Assembly (NCBI GenBank): GCA_037379345.1
Contig: CM074511.1
Span: 8,308,001-8,372,000, forward strand
Length of the DNA stretch: 64,000 nt
Direction of reading: 5' to 3'
Origin: Perna viridis
Taxonomy: Eukaryota
The number at the start of each line of letters is the position of its first letter. Position 1 is the first letter of the stretch. This document shows, piece by piece, positions 1-13,795 of this stretch. The notes beneath the pieces were generated by a model that was not told the origin of the DNA, did not search any database, and saw nothing but the letters and a program-made list of their open reading frames with translations. A program made the translations under genes and the position numbers.

Positions 1-1592
1 AAAGTAAACAGACAAAGATTGCACTTGATATAAACAGCACAATATACAAATCCTCGTGGGAATAACACGATTTCTCCACTCGAGATAGTTAAAACTATCG
101 TAATCCCCGAGAGCATTGGAGGTGAATCTGTTTCTCTCAAGAAATCTGTAGAAAACTCGGAAGTGTGTAAAATGACGGGAAAACTCTCCCAGAAATTTTA
201 TCACCGCTCGGTGGTTAAAAAACGTACATTTTTAATCACCTGTTTAGAATGGAGAGAAATGTGGTTGCATTTATACTTCTAAATTAACTAACCTGTTACG
301 AATAGAAAGAAATGTATATAAAGCTGGTGCTAAAAGTGACCAATAGTGTCCTCGGTTTCTGTTGAATTTCACTTGTAACAGTATGCGGTACCTTTCCTTT
401 AGTGTATATAATATTATGTATCTTTATCAAAGTTGTGTAATATTTTGACCAAACACCTAAATGTCAATATGGACTTGTAACAGTACTTTACGACAAGGTG
501 GTCGTAATTTATGTCAAGCTGACCAAGAGTTAAATACCCGATTAAATTTTTAATAGATTTTCCATACAAGTTTGCGAGCTACAAATAGATCTCTGCTTGG
601 TCAGTAGTTGAAAACAAGAACATTGTTTTTTAACTAGATGATGGACAAGTCTGTTACCTCATTGAATTAAACTTAAAAAGATAAATTTGTCGTCTGTTAA
701 TTCTTTTATCCTTATCATAATATCAGGACCGCAGGTCCAGAAAAAGATTAGGAATTGCCCGCTAATTGCTACAACACTCACGGAACCTCATTAAGGAGCC
801 TGTACTACATAAAGTTTGAAAATACTTGATTTATGCACTGAACGATGTGGTCCTTGGGTTTAAAAGCCATTTGACCAACACCGCCACCGTTACAATTTTT
901 AAGACCTCGAGACATCGATAAACCGGTTTGAAAAAAAGTTGTGTGAGCATTTCTTGTTGTTGAATTCGTGGCATTGTGTCTATTTGTTTTACTCTTCATT
1001 ATCAGGGATGAAAATGGGTTGTGCTAAAGTTTTCTATTTTTGTTTAAAAAAAACAAAAATAATGATGACGTTGACCTCAGTTGACTATTGTGTAGTTCCA
1101 GATAATTTTTTTTGCGATATCATCAGATTGTTTCGTTTTTACTTTCAGTTTATTCATATGTTGCTTGAGTATGTGGGAGCAACTATTTTGGTGTACCTGT
1201 GAATAGTAATGTTTTGTGGCCAGCTACAGTCTGCCATGTTGTGTGAGGGTTTCCTCTTAATTCATTGAAGACCCATGGGTGGCCTCAAGCTGACATTTTC
1301 ATCCCGGGTTGTTGCCTCTGACATATTCACCATACTCATTCTCGTTATAATTAGTGTATGATTCCAACAGATATGATAAGTTGCTATGGAAAAAAATAAT
1401 TACCTTTATAATCATTTGGCGATGAACTCAGTTCAACGATTAGTGTCATGTCCACGGTAATGAATGCATAGAAGACGTCACTAGAACTGCATGTTACAGT
1501 TTCAACAGTCAAAGATATATGTTATCGTTGCGCTACAGTTTTTGTTGGTTAAATTGAATTGGTTTTTAAGTTCATCTGTACACAGAGATAAT

Positions 1593-1759
1593 GATTGTTT
1601 AGCAAGTAGTTAATTGTACCGAGGGTCATTTAGCAATATATGGACAGGTATGTCGTCCCGAAAATATTAAATGGACCGCCATATAATTTTTAAGGGCGAC
1701 ATACCAGTCCATATAATGCCATTTGACCTTCCGTACAATTAACTACTTGCTAAATAACC
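1593..1759. repeat. Palindromic non-autonomous element, about 165 bp
   Basis: tttagcaagtagttaattgtac (1598) and gtacaattaactacttgctaaa (1733-1754) form a perfect 22-bp IR; pairing continues inward. Confidence 0.8.
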
Positions 1760-3334
1760 TTCATCCAGTTAACAAGCTTCATTCAAAAAGGTACTCAACT
1801 GTACTGTGTGATGCTGAAGATATCATTTTTCTACAACATGCAAGCCAATTTTGTCTTTTTTAGCTGTGTCATTTCAAATTTTGCAAATACATGTACACTG
1901 AAATTCCCAAGGAAAAAGAAATATATATGTACAAAAATACAACTGTCTCAAGCACAAACACTGTCAATGAAAATAAACCACGCCTACCGGTCCAATATAA
2001 TTTCCAGCCGGTCCATATCGATTCCAACCACTCAACCGTAATTTAGAATTAATGCCACCATCCCGAACTACATGATAAATAACTACCAACGTCAGTCGAT
2101 GACTGAGTTTAGGCGTAACTTTTACATTTGGAATTAAGGGTTTTATAAAGAAAATGATTGATAAAGGTAATTGTTTTAAAGGTTACTTGTTTCGGAATTT
2201 GAAACTTATAAATTAAATTAACTTTTTGGCAAATATAACGTTTACGTTTTGAGCGACAATTAGATATATGTAAAAATTAAGAAAATTTTCTTTTATCGAA
2301 CTCTTGTTTTGATGTGGACCTCTTCCTAAGGCATTGCAGATTATGTATTGTGTGTTGGTCTTTCTGGACAAATCGGAAAGCCAGGTTCAACATCAAGCCC
2401 GTATATAATGGGCGACGTTGGCCGTCTGGTACATGTACCAACTTCCCTGTCGTACTGTTATTTTAGGTTAAGTATTATTTTTGTAATTAATTTTGTATTA
2501 AGGTATTCCATTTTAGGAAACTTGTACCTCTCGCACACTAACAACAATTGATCTGTATCACCGTGGCAATGCCGGTCAAGAGTTACAAAATCGTAACTTA
2601 CGTTCTCATGCCAAATTGTGCATTCCATTTACACGTACACTGTCGATGAGTGAGCTAGATAGTCCTGTATTGATTTGCGCGATTATCACGTGCCTTAAGG
2701 TGTGTTTGAATTTCTAATGAAGCAAAAATGTTTTGTTACATTGAATTTCCTTGTGTGACCTCGCATATCTGTTGTGACATTGTGTTGGTTTTTAATACAT
2801 TTCTCCATGGACATAAAATAGTCAATAGATAGCGCAGTAAAAAAAAAGGATTTCAAATATGTTCGATTAATTATTTTCCATTGGCAAGGGAAGTTAATAA
2901 ATCAAATTGATTCGATGATAAAATAGGAAATTGGTCGGTGAGGTTTACATAAAAATTATATCTGTTCCGTTTTGCCGTTTGTCTTCTTTTGTCAAGGAAG
3001 GCTATTTATCTGAACTTGACTTAGAGATCGTCGTCAAGTGGAATTCAACCGGAAGTGGATATTGCCACATGGAACGGCCTAAATATTCCGCGGTCTGTTC
3101 TCTTTACAATCCCCCTTTTCCACTTTGCAAATTTACGTTAGTATATCGGTCCGCCGCCGATCAATATGTGATGCTTTATTTTTCGCAAGAGATGGAAGTA
3201 TTATGACATCAAAGCTTTTGTAATATTTTGTTGAACTGCAATATTTTTATGATTATGTGCTTATCTTAAACTATTTGAATTTTGCCTTAGCGAGCAGGAC
3301 TATTTTTTCTAATTGACCTGACGCAGGTCAAACA

Positions 3335-3595
3335 CGGTACCTCCAAAAACCGAAAACAATATGGCGTCGGAAGGACAAGTGACTAATTTCAAAGTACTGA
3401 CGCCATATTGATTATTACAGACTTTCGTTAGGTATCTAGAAAGTGCTGGAATACTAATAAAAAACTTATCTGCAAGTGTGTTTAAATTACACAGTGAGTA
3501 ATTACACCACCCTAAAAACGTGTTTTATTGAGGTTTTCGGATTTTCAATCTGGTTTTCGGTTAACACCGAGGTTTTTGGTTATTCGAGCAACCCG
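3335..3595. mobile_element. MITE with 8-bp TSD (hAT-like)
   Basis: gtcaaaca at 3327-3334 and 3596-3603, imperfect cgg..aaccgaaaac TIRs, internal 12-bp IR caatatggcgtc/gacgccatattg. Confidence 0.7.
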
Positions 3596-3753
3596 GTCAA
3601 ACATTCACAAGAAGATGTTGGAAGTTTTTAATGACGGATTTTTTTTACCTGCAATGAACACTCTTTGAGTTGTTAGTATATTGTTAATGTCTACCACTAC
3701 AAGATGGGTTCTGTAGGTTTGAAAGTGTTAATTGTTTGTCAATTTTACCAAGG

Positions 3754-4038
3754 CAGGGGCGTAGCTGCCTATACGCAGATACGCAGTTGCGTACTTTCGG
3801 AAAAAGTAACAAAAATAAAAACACACATTTTAAAGATGAAATAAAGGTTATTTATCTCATATGCATACCATGAACGTAGTATAGGCTCTGAAAAACTGGA
3901 TCCAAAATCGTTAAAATTCAGGAGTTTCCCTCAGGGCTTTGCCTTGCCGGACTCACTGGGGGCCTTGAGCGACCCCCCCCCCCAAGATCCCTCGCCGTAA
4001 TTTTGCGTACAACTAAAACAGGCCTAGCTACGCCCCTG
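3754..4038. mobile_element. MITE with TIR CAGGGGCGTAGCT and 5-bp TSD
   Basis: Perfect 13-bp TIR; caagg at 3749-3753 and 4039-4043. Confidence 0.85.
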
Positions 4039-4189
4039 CAAGGAGTTAAATATAGATTCCTATCATGCATGGATACTGTAATAATCTATTGCGAATGTCG
4101 GGAGCTTCTCATAACGGATTTTCGGAGCTGCAATATACGTTTTTTGTGATGTACAAACAACGTAAGTATAGTTTTAATGTTTATGATTA

Positions 4190-4351
4190 CAGTGAGGGTG
4201 CAGGGGGGGGGTTGCATCCCTCATATTTATGGGAAAATTATAATTTTCATGTGTAAAATTGACAAAAATGGCAAATAATGACCTAGCAACCCCTTTTTCT
4301 GAGGAACCCAAGCCGCCACCCCTCATTTTCAAGTGTGTGGATCCGCCTCTG
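4190..4351. mobile_element. Truncated CAGTGGCGGATCC-family MITE
   Basis: Shares aaaatggcaaata..ctag..tttttctgaggaac and the ggatccgcctctg end with 12628-12813. Confidence 0.6.
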
Positions 4352-4439
4352 CCAGATGGGTCCTGAAGGTTTGAGAAAGTGTTCTAGTGTTTGTAAATTA
4401 CAGGTACATGTATTTTTGTGAACAGTTTTGATAAAAATA

Positions 4440-4604
4440 TTTTTAGTGGAGTCCGAGTTGCTCATTTACTTTTGTTACTTTGTATGTATGATTTTAGTTA
4501 CTTTATGTTCTTTGTTGTGAGTGTCTGTTTTCCATGTCTGGTCTTTGTCCCTGGATTACATTCTTTTGATTACCGCTATAACCTTGGTTCCCTTGATTAC
4601 TCTT
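4440..4604 (+). mobile_element. Naiad 3' UTR/pLTR fragment
   Basis: agtggagtccgagttgctcattt...gattactctt, near-identical to 39357-39520. Confidence 0.8.
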
Positions 4605-4952
4605 ACATATGCTAAGGGTTTTCAAGTTGTTCTATATTTTATACACTTTGTACTGTTAAATACATGTAAATCCTATATAGATATCATGTGTGTTTGATTT
4701 GATCACAGAAATTTAAAATGCAAGCAATGTGTACGTGTACATGAATAAAATACGAATGTATATTAGCAAACAATATGAAGTATTTAAACTAGAAAATAAA
4801 CATTTGAATCATGGAATTGTTAAATTAGTATGATTTCGAAAGCAGAATTATAAACAATGTCTGTTTCAAAGGTAAGAATGAAAGGCAGAAAATTAGATCT
4901 TAATTGCTCCCCTTTTTTCTATGTCACATGAAGTCATGCAAATTTTTAGAAA

Positions 4953-5710
4953 TTGCCTAGACCTATATTGCATACTGTACAAATGTATATCACACCCCTA
5001 GACCTATATGGCATACTGTATATCACACCCTTAGACCTACATGTATATCACATACCCTATATCACACCGCTGGACCATATCGCACCCTTAATCATACATA
5101 ATATGCACATCATATACTGCATATCACTCCCCTAGACCTACATATAAATGGCATACCCTAGGCCTATATCACACCTCTAGACCTATATGGCATACAATAT
5201 ACCACACCCTTAGACCTACCGGGTATATGGCATACCATACATCACACCCCTATACCTACATGTATATGGCATACCATATATCACACCCCAAGACCTATAT
5301 TGCATACCCTATATCACATCTCTAGACCTACATTGCATACCCTATATCACACCCCTAGACCTATATTGCATACTGTACAAATGTATATCACACCCTTAGA
5401 CCTACATGTATATCACATACCCTATATCACACCGCTGGACCATATCGCACCCTTAATCATACACAATATGCACATCATACACTGCATATCACTCCCCTAG
5501 ACCTACATATATATGGCATACCCTATATTACACCCCTAAACCTGTATGGCATACCATATACCATACCCTTAGACCTATCGGGTATATGGCATATCCTACA
5601 TCACACCCCTAGACCTATATTGCATACCCTATATCACATCTCTAGACCTATATTGCATACCCTATATCCCACCCCTAGACCTATATTGCATACCTTATAT
5701 CACACCCTAC
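4953..5710. repeat. Minisatellite of about 32-bp units with a higher-order duplication (offset 365 bp)
   Basis: Unit atatcacacccctagacctatattgcataccct; the unique variant atcacaccgctggaccatatcgcacccttaatc occurs at 5061 and 5426. Confidence 0.9.
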
Positions 5711-5750
5711 ACAGAACACACTTGAAGTATAATTTAAATATATGTTTCGA

Positions 5751-5893
5751 TGAACATGACATGCCAAAATCTGTATCTAATGGGGTATCAATCCTCGACC
5801 TATATCACCCCGCGACCAACAGCCCTAAGTGGTTTGACATAGGAGTCTTGTGTTGATACCACATGTGATACAGATTTTGGCATGTAATATTCA
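5751..5893. repeat. Palindromic non-autonomous element
   Basis: Perfect 19-bp IR acatgccaaaatctgtatc (5759) / gatacagattttggcatgt (5867), with inner ggtatcaa/ttgatacc. Confidence 0.75.
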
Positions 5894-8800
5894 GTATGGA
5901 ATGTACATGTGTATTATATCCATATACAATTAAGTCATAATTGATTATCAATATGGTTCTTTTTTAGTGCATTATCAAGATATACATTTAGAATGCAGTT
6001 CTTAAAGTTAGATGCATGATTTTTATGGCAAACGAAGAACACAGTCAATTAAGTTAGAAATTCTATGTCCATGAAAGTGGATTGAAAATATGATGGATAT
6101 CATTGCACCCAAAAGTAGACCTTTCCTAAGAGCTGATTTTCAGGGACATTCATACATGAACAATGTATTAGGTAAGTGAAGGTATACATAAGTTTGTTCA
6201 TTTGTTTCCAATGTACACAATGATTTAAAATTTTCAGAACTGGTGATAGGTCTACTGTAAACATTGCTAGTGTAGAATAGTTGTCATATGTCTTAGCAAA
6301 ATTTGGGGTTTACATTTGTAAGTCTGCGAACAGGAAATTTATACTGAAAACTTCAAAAATACATGTGCATGTACTCTAACTATGTTTACTGGCATATGCA
6401 GTACAGTATTAATTAAAGATTTCATACATGAAATTATGATATTTGTAATATAAAAATACATGTATCAAATTTGTTATTTACTTTACAGTGTGACATTAAT
6501 TGCTCATAAATCAACACACAGGGATGGATCCAGATATTTTGAAATGGGGGGTCCAGACATCATTATAATTCATCAGGTAACTAGAAACCATACATAGGAG
6601 AAGCCCTAAAGCAATATCATTGGTAAACTTTCCAGTTTCTGTATTTAGAAGTTTTGTCTAGTGCATGAAATGGCTTGAATTTATTGTTTTAAACTCACCA
6701 CTTCAAACCACTTTAATGATCTTCCTGGTTATGAGGGGATGTTGTTTTAACAATGACCACCTGTCAGTCAGGTGAAAAGTAACCTATTCTACTCTTACTT
6801 AGGTTACCTGTTATTAACAGTTATTGAAACAAAGATGTGCTCATGAAGTACACTGTATTACATTTTTGTAAAGTTTGTTATGTTTTATTTTTAAGATAAA
6901 TTTGAATTATTTTAGAGAAAGAAGTGCTTATATTTTCTTAATTAAGACAGCTGACAGAGATATTTTAGGAATAACATTTCAGAACACTAAAATATAATAT
7001 ATAATTATTGTATTAACTTTTTATAATGTAGGACAGAAATTATAATGCTACAGAAATACTGTTTGCAAAATTTCAATCAACAAGTACTGAATAGGTGGCT
7101 TAAAAACCAGTAAAAACCTGGAACAATGATAACCACCCAACCTCTATTTTTGCCTGATTTTGCACACAATTATATGTACATGTAAGAATATTTCTGATTA
7201 AGAGGAGGTTTCTGTACTTCCATATGATGTGGCTAAAATACATATATATTTTCATGCATTTACATATTGTAACATTTTGCAGTTATCAAAGGCACTGTTA
7301 TCACCTTTTCCTTGATTTCTTTTCAGTGGTAATCCCTTTTGTAGTTTCACTAGATGTAGTGAGAAGAAAGCAAAAGCAAAATGAACTATGTCAACAACTC
7401 TTAATAAAAACTGCAAATATGAAGTCTGATTTCGTAGCACTTATTTGTTGGCAAAACATAATAGTTACTTGTATTTTAATATAATACATATCGGTGAAAC
7501 AATCATGCAGAAAAAAATGAAAGAAATGCACATACGTTATTGAAGGCAGACAGGTATAAAACACTCTCCTTAAGCGCAATAATGATGCATCATAAAAAGT
7601 AGTACTCATGGGTTCACTAGTAACCTTTTTGTTTTGGAAAGTAGAAAAGATGGATTTATATTCAAAGTGCATTTGTTATAAAGAAAGACAAAATATTTCC
7701 TGTATTCACTTCATCTCTTTATCCTTGACTTTACATCTTGATTGGAATCTTAAATTGCTAAAATATATGAGGTACAACCAAAGTTTTTTTTTAGTTTAAA
7801 GATTTTTAAACTGCATAGTAGTTTGATAACAAGAGTTTGTATCCTTGTTTGAATACAAAAATTCCTAGAGAAAGGTAATTATTCATTGTAAAAAAGTGTA
7901 TAGTTTTGATATTTTCAACTCAGGGCCTAATCTAGACAACAATGATAAGGATAAGCTTTAGTAAATTCTGTTTGAAAACTAACAGTATTGACATATTTGT
8001 TCATTTAATCTATTACAAATCACTGTCAAAGAGAGCACAAACAAGGAGAAGGTTTTTTTTTGCTCATTTCTCCCTTTAGATTAGGTCCTTGGTCAACCTA
8101 GCTCCCCTAGTCCACAGGATTCATTTCTACTTCATGCATCTCCAACCCGAAATTTCAAAGTATGGATTTTTTCTTACTTTGAAAATCCGTATAATATTGA
8201 TAGTCAGTGATTCACAGTGGAGATCATATTTTTGAAGAAATGCTGGTTTAGGTGTAAAGTGTCAAGAAATTTGAGGACATAAACGTACACAGCCAGAAAT
8301 ACCAAAAACAATAAAAGAAAAAAAGATCCATAAATGCATTAATAAACAAGCAGTATTGATATGCATTTCATTAAAACAGATGTTCTCTATAAAATGACTA
8401 AGTTTTTAGCTTACAAGTTGGTTACTTGAATATTTATTAGGTCTCCCTTGACTCAGTGCCTCGTCACTTTGATTTTTATTTCGTTTTATCCCCTTTAGGT
8501 CATTGTGTATTATTTAGAACTCCACCCCACTATCAAAATGCAGACAACTAATATGTAGATGAGTCGGGCTGCATATTTGATTGTTCATTTATGTGTTCTC
8601 CATATTGAGGATAATAAAGAATACATAGTAGGAGCAAGCTCATGTAGATAAATACATGTCCCTACACCTAAATCATACCGAAATCAAATCGGGGTACGGA
8701 AAACTGATCATTTGTACTCTTTCTTGTACAAACATGTTCTTTGAAGGAAGTTTGGAGTCGAACATTTTTCTTTTGGGTGGATAAAAATTGCATGTCACTA

Positions 8801-9001
8801 TCTATAAATGGTCTTTTTCCTCATGCACATTTGTAATAACTTCTACCCTAAAAAATTGAATTATTTTTCATTGTGTCTTACGTTATGCACTCCTTGAAAA
8901 CATGACATACTGTATCTTCTTTTTGGAAAATGTCAATTTATTAGCAGGACTAGATACTGCTTCAAACTGCTTTAACAAAAAATGATATATTTTTCTTACT
9001 T

Positions 9002-9150
9002 TTTATTTTCTAGTACGCCGACGACATTGTCCTGGTGGCAGAGTCGTCCACAGGCTTACAGAAAAATTCAAATGCATTCAACACATATTGTAAAAACTGG
9101 AGGCTCAAAATTAACATCTAAAAATATTTTGATTTTTCTCATGTGGCAGA
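9002..9150 (+). mobile_element. LINE RT fragment
   Basis: YADDIVLVAESSTGLQKNSNAFNTYCKNWRLKINI* from 9014. Confidence 0.8.
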
Positions 9151-10244
9151 CAAGAGTCAAAATCTGAAGTTTTGGTTAAATGGCATTACTTTGGAATTTT
9201 CCTAAAAAGGACAGTGTGATAGGACAGTGGTTAGACATTCTTGATTAAATAATGTTAGTCTTTGAGAAAGGGAGGAGTGTGTATGGACATTTTTAGACTT
9301 TATAACTGATATTTTCTTATGTGAACTTTTGATTAAATTAATATGTATAAGGGGTAAAACAACTATACAAACCATGAGAACAGGTACAAAATATCTCCAA
9401 ATACATAATGAAATTCTAACAGGAACAGATTATCACCCTGTTATGTTTTGGTGCCTGACCTTTCGAACCTGGTTGTAAGTTGCTTTAATCATGTGTTTGA
9501 TTTGTTTACTGTTCAGTATGGCTGTATCATATGTGCAATTAGCTAGCTTGTCGCATTCTTTTTCATTTATTATTGAGAGTCATGTTTTAAGATCTTAAAA
9601 AAAATGGATAACCATTTTGGGAAACAAAATCTGTTATTTTTTAAAATTCTGCATTTAAGTTAGAATTTTGGTTTATCATTATGATCAATTCTAGATTTAA
9701 TTTTTTTTTGTTCATGGTATAATTCTTCAAGTATGTATTTAGCATTTGCTAAAGGAGTTTTTTTGTGATCTGTCAGAGAAAATGGATGAACGATTTAAAT
9801 TTTAATAGTGAATGTAAGGTAGTTGTGTAATTGTTGACACACGCTTTGTTATGATTGATTCAGAGCAAGAATGGACATCAGATTTATGCTTCAAACAAAT
9901 CAGGTATTAGATGTATTGCGGATAGCAAAATAGTGATGTAAGTTTACACATTTTTTATGTTCCTGATAAGTTGTGAAGTTATGAATCAGGAGGACGTTTT
10001 GCGAAAAAAATATTTAGTTACAGTAGTGCGTGTTCATAGGTCAAATATATTCTGGTCGATGATTTTTTTTCTTCTGATGGTTTCTATAAAATCTTATTCT
10101 TTCTTTGATATTCCCTAAATGCAAATTACTATTCACGGAACTTCACTTTTATTTCAATTGTGCATACGTGATTTTATTTTTTTTTGTTATTGTCAGCTCC
10201 ATTTGTCGTTGCGTATATACGAGAAGTGGTCGGTTGTATTTAAT

Positions 10245-10706
10245 TAGTTGAAGCTGTTAGGTATATGGCTTCATGGCAGTTCGCGCGCGTTGTTGTTTTG
10301 TTTAGTTGAAGCTGTTAGAAGTATGGCTCCATGGCAGTTCGCGCGCGTTGTTGTTTTGTTTAGTTGAAGCTGTTAGAAGTATGGCTCCATGGCAGTTCGC
10401 GCGCGTTGTTGTTTTGTTTAGTTGAAGCTGTTAGGTATATGGCTCCATGGCAGTTCGCGCGCGTTGTTGTTTTGTTTAGTTGAAGCTGTTAGGTATATGG
10501 CTCCATGGCAGTTCGCGCGCGTTGTTGTTTTGTTTAGTTGAAGCTGTTAGGTATATGGCTTCATGGCAGTTCGCGCGCGTTGTTGTTTTGTTTAGTTGAA
10601 GCTGTTAGAAGTATGGCTTTATGGCAGTTCGCCGTTATTATTTTATTTATAGTTGGCGCCGTTAGATGTATGGCTATATGGCAGTTGGCCGTTATTATTT
10701 TATTTT
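10245..10706. repeat. 58-bp tandem repeat, 6 near-perfect plus 2 degenerate copies
   Basis: tagttgaagctgttagRWRtatggctYcatggcagttcgcgcgcgttgttgttttgtt at 10245, 10303, 10361, 10419, 10477 and 10535. Confidence 0.95.
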
Positions 10707-12239
10707 AACGTAGATAACGTTGTTTTTATGTTACAAGAGGTAACGGTGTTGACCGAGGCAATAAGAAAACACAGAAATGCGTATGTAATTAATGAGGTGC
10801 TTCGTAAAGTTTTGTGAAATATTAAGTTGCTTTAAATTGGTTATACAGATTCTGTTTTGGTGTTAGAAAGAATATGTCAACGTGTATGGGTTGCAAAAGT
10901 TGGTTACTTTCTTACCATATAGTTATTTTTAGGTATGGTCATTATGCTTTAAATTTTGCTACGCATACCTTAAAAATGCTTATAATTCATTTAATCATTC
11001 TACTTATGACAGATCACAGAAATATTTTTATTGAATTTCTGAATGCATAGGAGTATTTTTGAAGATGATTTTTTTAAATCTTTACGTAGGTAAATTGTTT
11101 TTGGGAGTTGATTTTTTTTTTATAAAAATTGTTAGGGATTATTTATTTATTGGCGACAAGTTAGTTTTTGCAGATATAAATGGTTGGTCAAAATGAATAG
11201 AGATGAGTCTTATGCACATGAAGTTGCTGAAACTGGGTAATGGTGTGGTCTGATGGAGATTGGCGATGAGATATTGACATTATTGCGAGATACACAAATT
11301 ATTTGAAGCAGGTGGTTGATCATGGAGACAGTCTCTAGGATGGATACAGTATACCAGATGGCGTGGACGTGGCAGAGAATATTGGCGAACCAAATGGTGA
11401 CTTGCAATGCTGTCTTGAGGCGAATCTGAAGTCTTCCATTTAATCAGACGATGATTGACTTTTTAATTTATACAATCAAACTTTCACGTATATATACTCA
11501 TAGCAGCGACGGGATGTCAGAGATCATACATAACCGGATTATGGTCTGTTAACTTTCAAATATTCAGGAGTAGATGGTTGGCTTCATTATTTGGGAACTA
11601 ATGGGGACGGACATTGGGCATTTCAATCATTCATTGGAGCATGTTTGCTGATCAGAAGCACATAAGGATGGTGATGGACATTTCGTAGTATAACCAGACA
11701 CGTAGTATTATAGACATTTCATATTCAGTGTAGCTGTACGTTTGGTGATGGTGACTTTCTAAAAATAGCAACTGGACATTTACAGGAGTACTACCACAAC
11801 GCAGAAGTACGATTAGCGGCCTGTTTGCTGAATTATCTGCGATAATTCTTTGAGAAAGGGAGCAACAACCATTAAGATGACAAAGGTGCATGAGGAAAAT
11901 GGTAGTTGTACAGGTTCATTTATAATTAAGAGGGTAATATCAATAAATAAATGAACCTTAATGGTTGTTTATGTATATGGGTATGTCATATGTAGATGTA
12001 ACACCTTTTTGATTTGTACAAGTATGTGGTTAATATTAATTTGTTTTATCATCTGTCCCCATTAGAATTTCATTATGTATTTGGAGATATTGTGTACCTG
12101 TTCTCATGTTTTGTATAGTTGTTTTACCCCTTATACATATTAATTTAATCAAAAGTTCACATAAGAAAATATCAGTTATAAAGTCTAAAAATGTCCATAC
12201 ACACTCCTCCCTTTCTCAAAGACTAACATTATTTAATCA

Positions 12240-12600
12240 AGAATGTCTAACCACTGTCCTATCACAACAGGAAACTTCAATAAATCTATTGAAAAGCGGG
12301 AAGAAAAGGCTAGAAAAGCAATGTATGAAGTTCTAAAAAGAGGGAGAACACATAATTTGTCAATTAAGTGTCAAATCTACTTTTTCAATAAAATGTTTAA
12401 ACCTATTACTGGGATGTTAGCAAACCAATATCATGCCCAGGACCTTAATTACATGTGGGAACTTGGCATAATGCCAGTGAATATATTCATGTTAATTTAA
12501 GAATGGTATATTTTCGGGCGCGTCTATTAAATGGAAAAGAAGAAATCTTCTGATGTCTTATTTAAATTATACATTGGAGACAGTTGTGGGTTGTCTTGTT
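12240..12600 (+). mobile_element. LINE ORF2 post-RT fragment
   Basis: GNFNKSIEK..EKARKAMYEVLKRGRTHNLSIKCQIYFFNKMFKPI, typical of the LINE RT C-terminal region. Confidence 0.6.
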
Positions 12601-12627
12601 TAAAATATGTAAAGAAAATATGGGACG

Positions 12628-12813
12628 CAGTGGCGGATCCAGAGGGGCGCAGGGTGTTGGCAACACCCCCGCCCCCGGTTTTATTGTAAAATTGGTCACT
12701 TCCATGTGTAAAGTTCACAAAAATGGCAAATATTGTCCTAGGACCCACTCCCTATTTTTCTGAGGAACTCCGACTGGCATCCTTCCTTTTCAAATTGTCT
12801 GAATCCGTTCCTG
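12628..12813. mobile_element. MITE with TIR CAGTGGCGGATCCAG and 5-bp TSD
   Basis: cagtggcggatccag / ctgaatccgttcctg; ggacg at 12623-12627 and 12814-12818. Confidence 0.8.
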
Positions 12814-13795
12814 GGACGATACTGGCTACATATATGTATAGCTATACCAAGCAGTTTTCAAACCCCGATTGGCTAATAGCTGCATTAAAAATAAAATTGA
12901 AATAATTGTCTTCTGGTACACGCATGTGTCTGACGTTTAAGTATTTGGCTTGTCCAATTTTTTTTTCAAGAATGGCAGACTATTATCCGAAACTTACCTG
13001 AAGCTGTAAACTATAACTTATTTCAAACCGAATTCAGATTTGAAGACCGATTAAAAATTCTTGAAGACAAGAATCTATTTAGTTTTTGCGCTTCCATTGC
13101 AGAACCACAAACCATAGATTGCTTATCGAAATAGATTGGTTGACGTGAACACCACTGTAATAAGTGTAATTGGAGACGAATTTAATTACCTTATGCAGTG
13201 CAACTTTTTTCAGTGGAAAAAGAAACAAAATTTTTAAAAAAAAAAGTACTAATATCTGAAAATACCGAAAACTTGTAATACCGGTAATAAATGCATCACA
13301 AAAACAGATTCTCTCTCGGCGCATCTTCGTAGTTAAACCTTCTTGTAATTATAGGTCTCTGGAAATTGTAAATGTTTCCTGATGTACGAATGGGTGAGTT
13401 AGACATTAGTGTCTTGTTTTTATTATATTTATTTTGTAATGTCTCTGTATCATTGTATTCATGGTTCACGAGAATAAAATATCTATTTTTCTTACCTTAT
13501 TGATTTCACTCCGGTTGGTGTAGTCATTCGATTAGGTTAACAACGGAATAATTCAGTACTCGTGTCATTCAAGACATGACTAAATATCCTCGAACTCAAA
13601 GTGTTTGAGCGACAATTTAATCTCATTACAATAGGAAATATATTATGCGGATTATGTCTTTTGATTCATCAATGCCATTCTAGTTTTATCGCTCTTACAT
13701 CCGCGGGGTTTGTTAATCAGGTTAATCTAGTTGATTAAATGAACAACGGTTTTTGTTATTTTTTTCTTTCTGCAAAACAATGAAATATCAACACC

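Noticed and set aside
3040-3200. Promoter-like island (CCGGAAGT, GC-rich) with a possible downstream gene
   Set aside because: No coherent coding exons could be built on either strand.
4953-5856. His/Tyr/Pro-rich ORFs (4953, 5300, 5620)
   Set aside because: Translations of a minisatellite, with non-ATG starts.
10245-10706. CRISPR-like array
   Set aside because: Head-to-tail 58-bp units without unique spacers, eukaryotic context, no cas genes.
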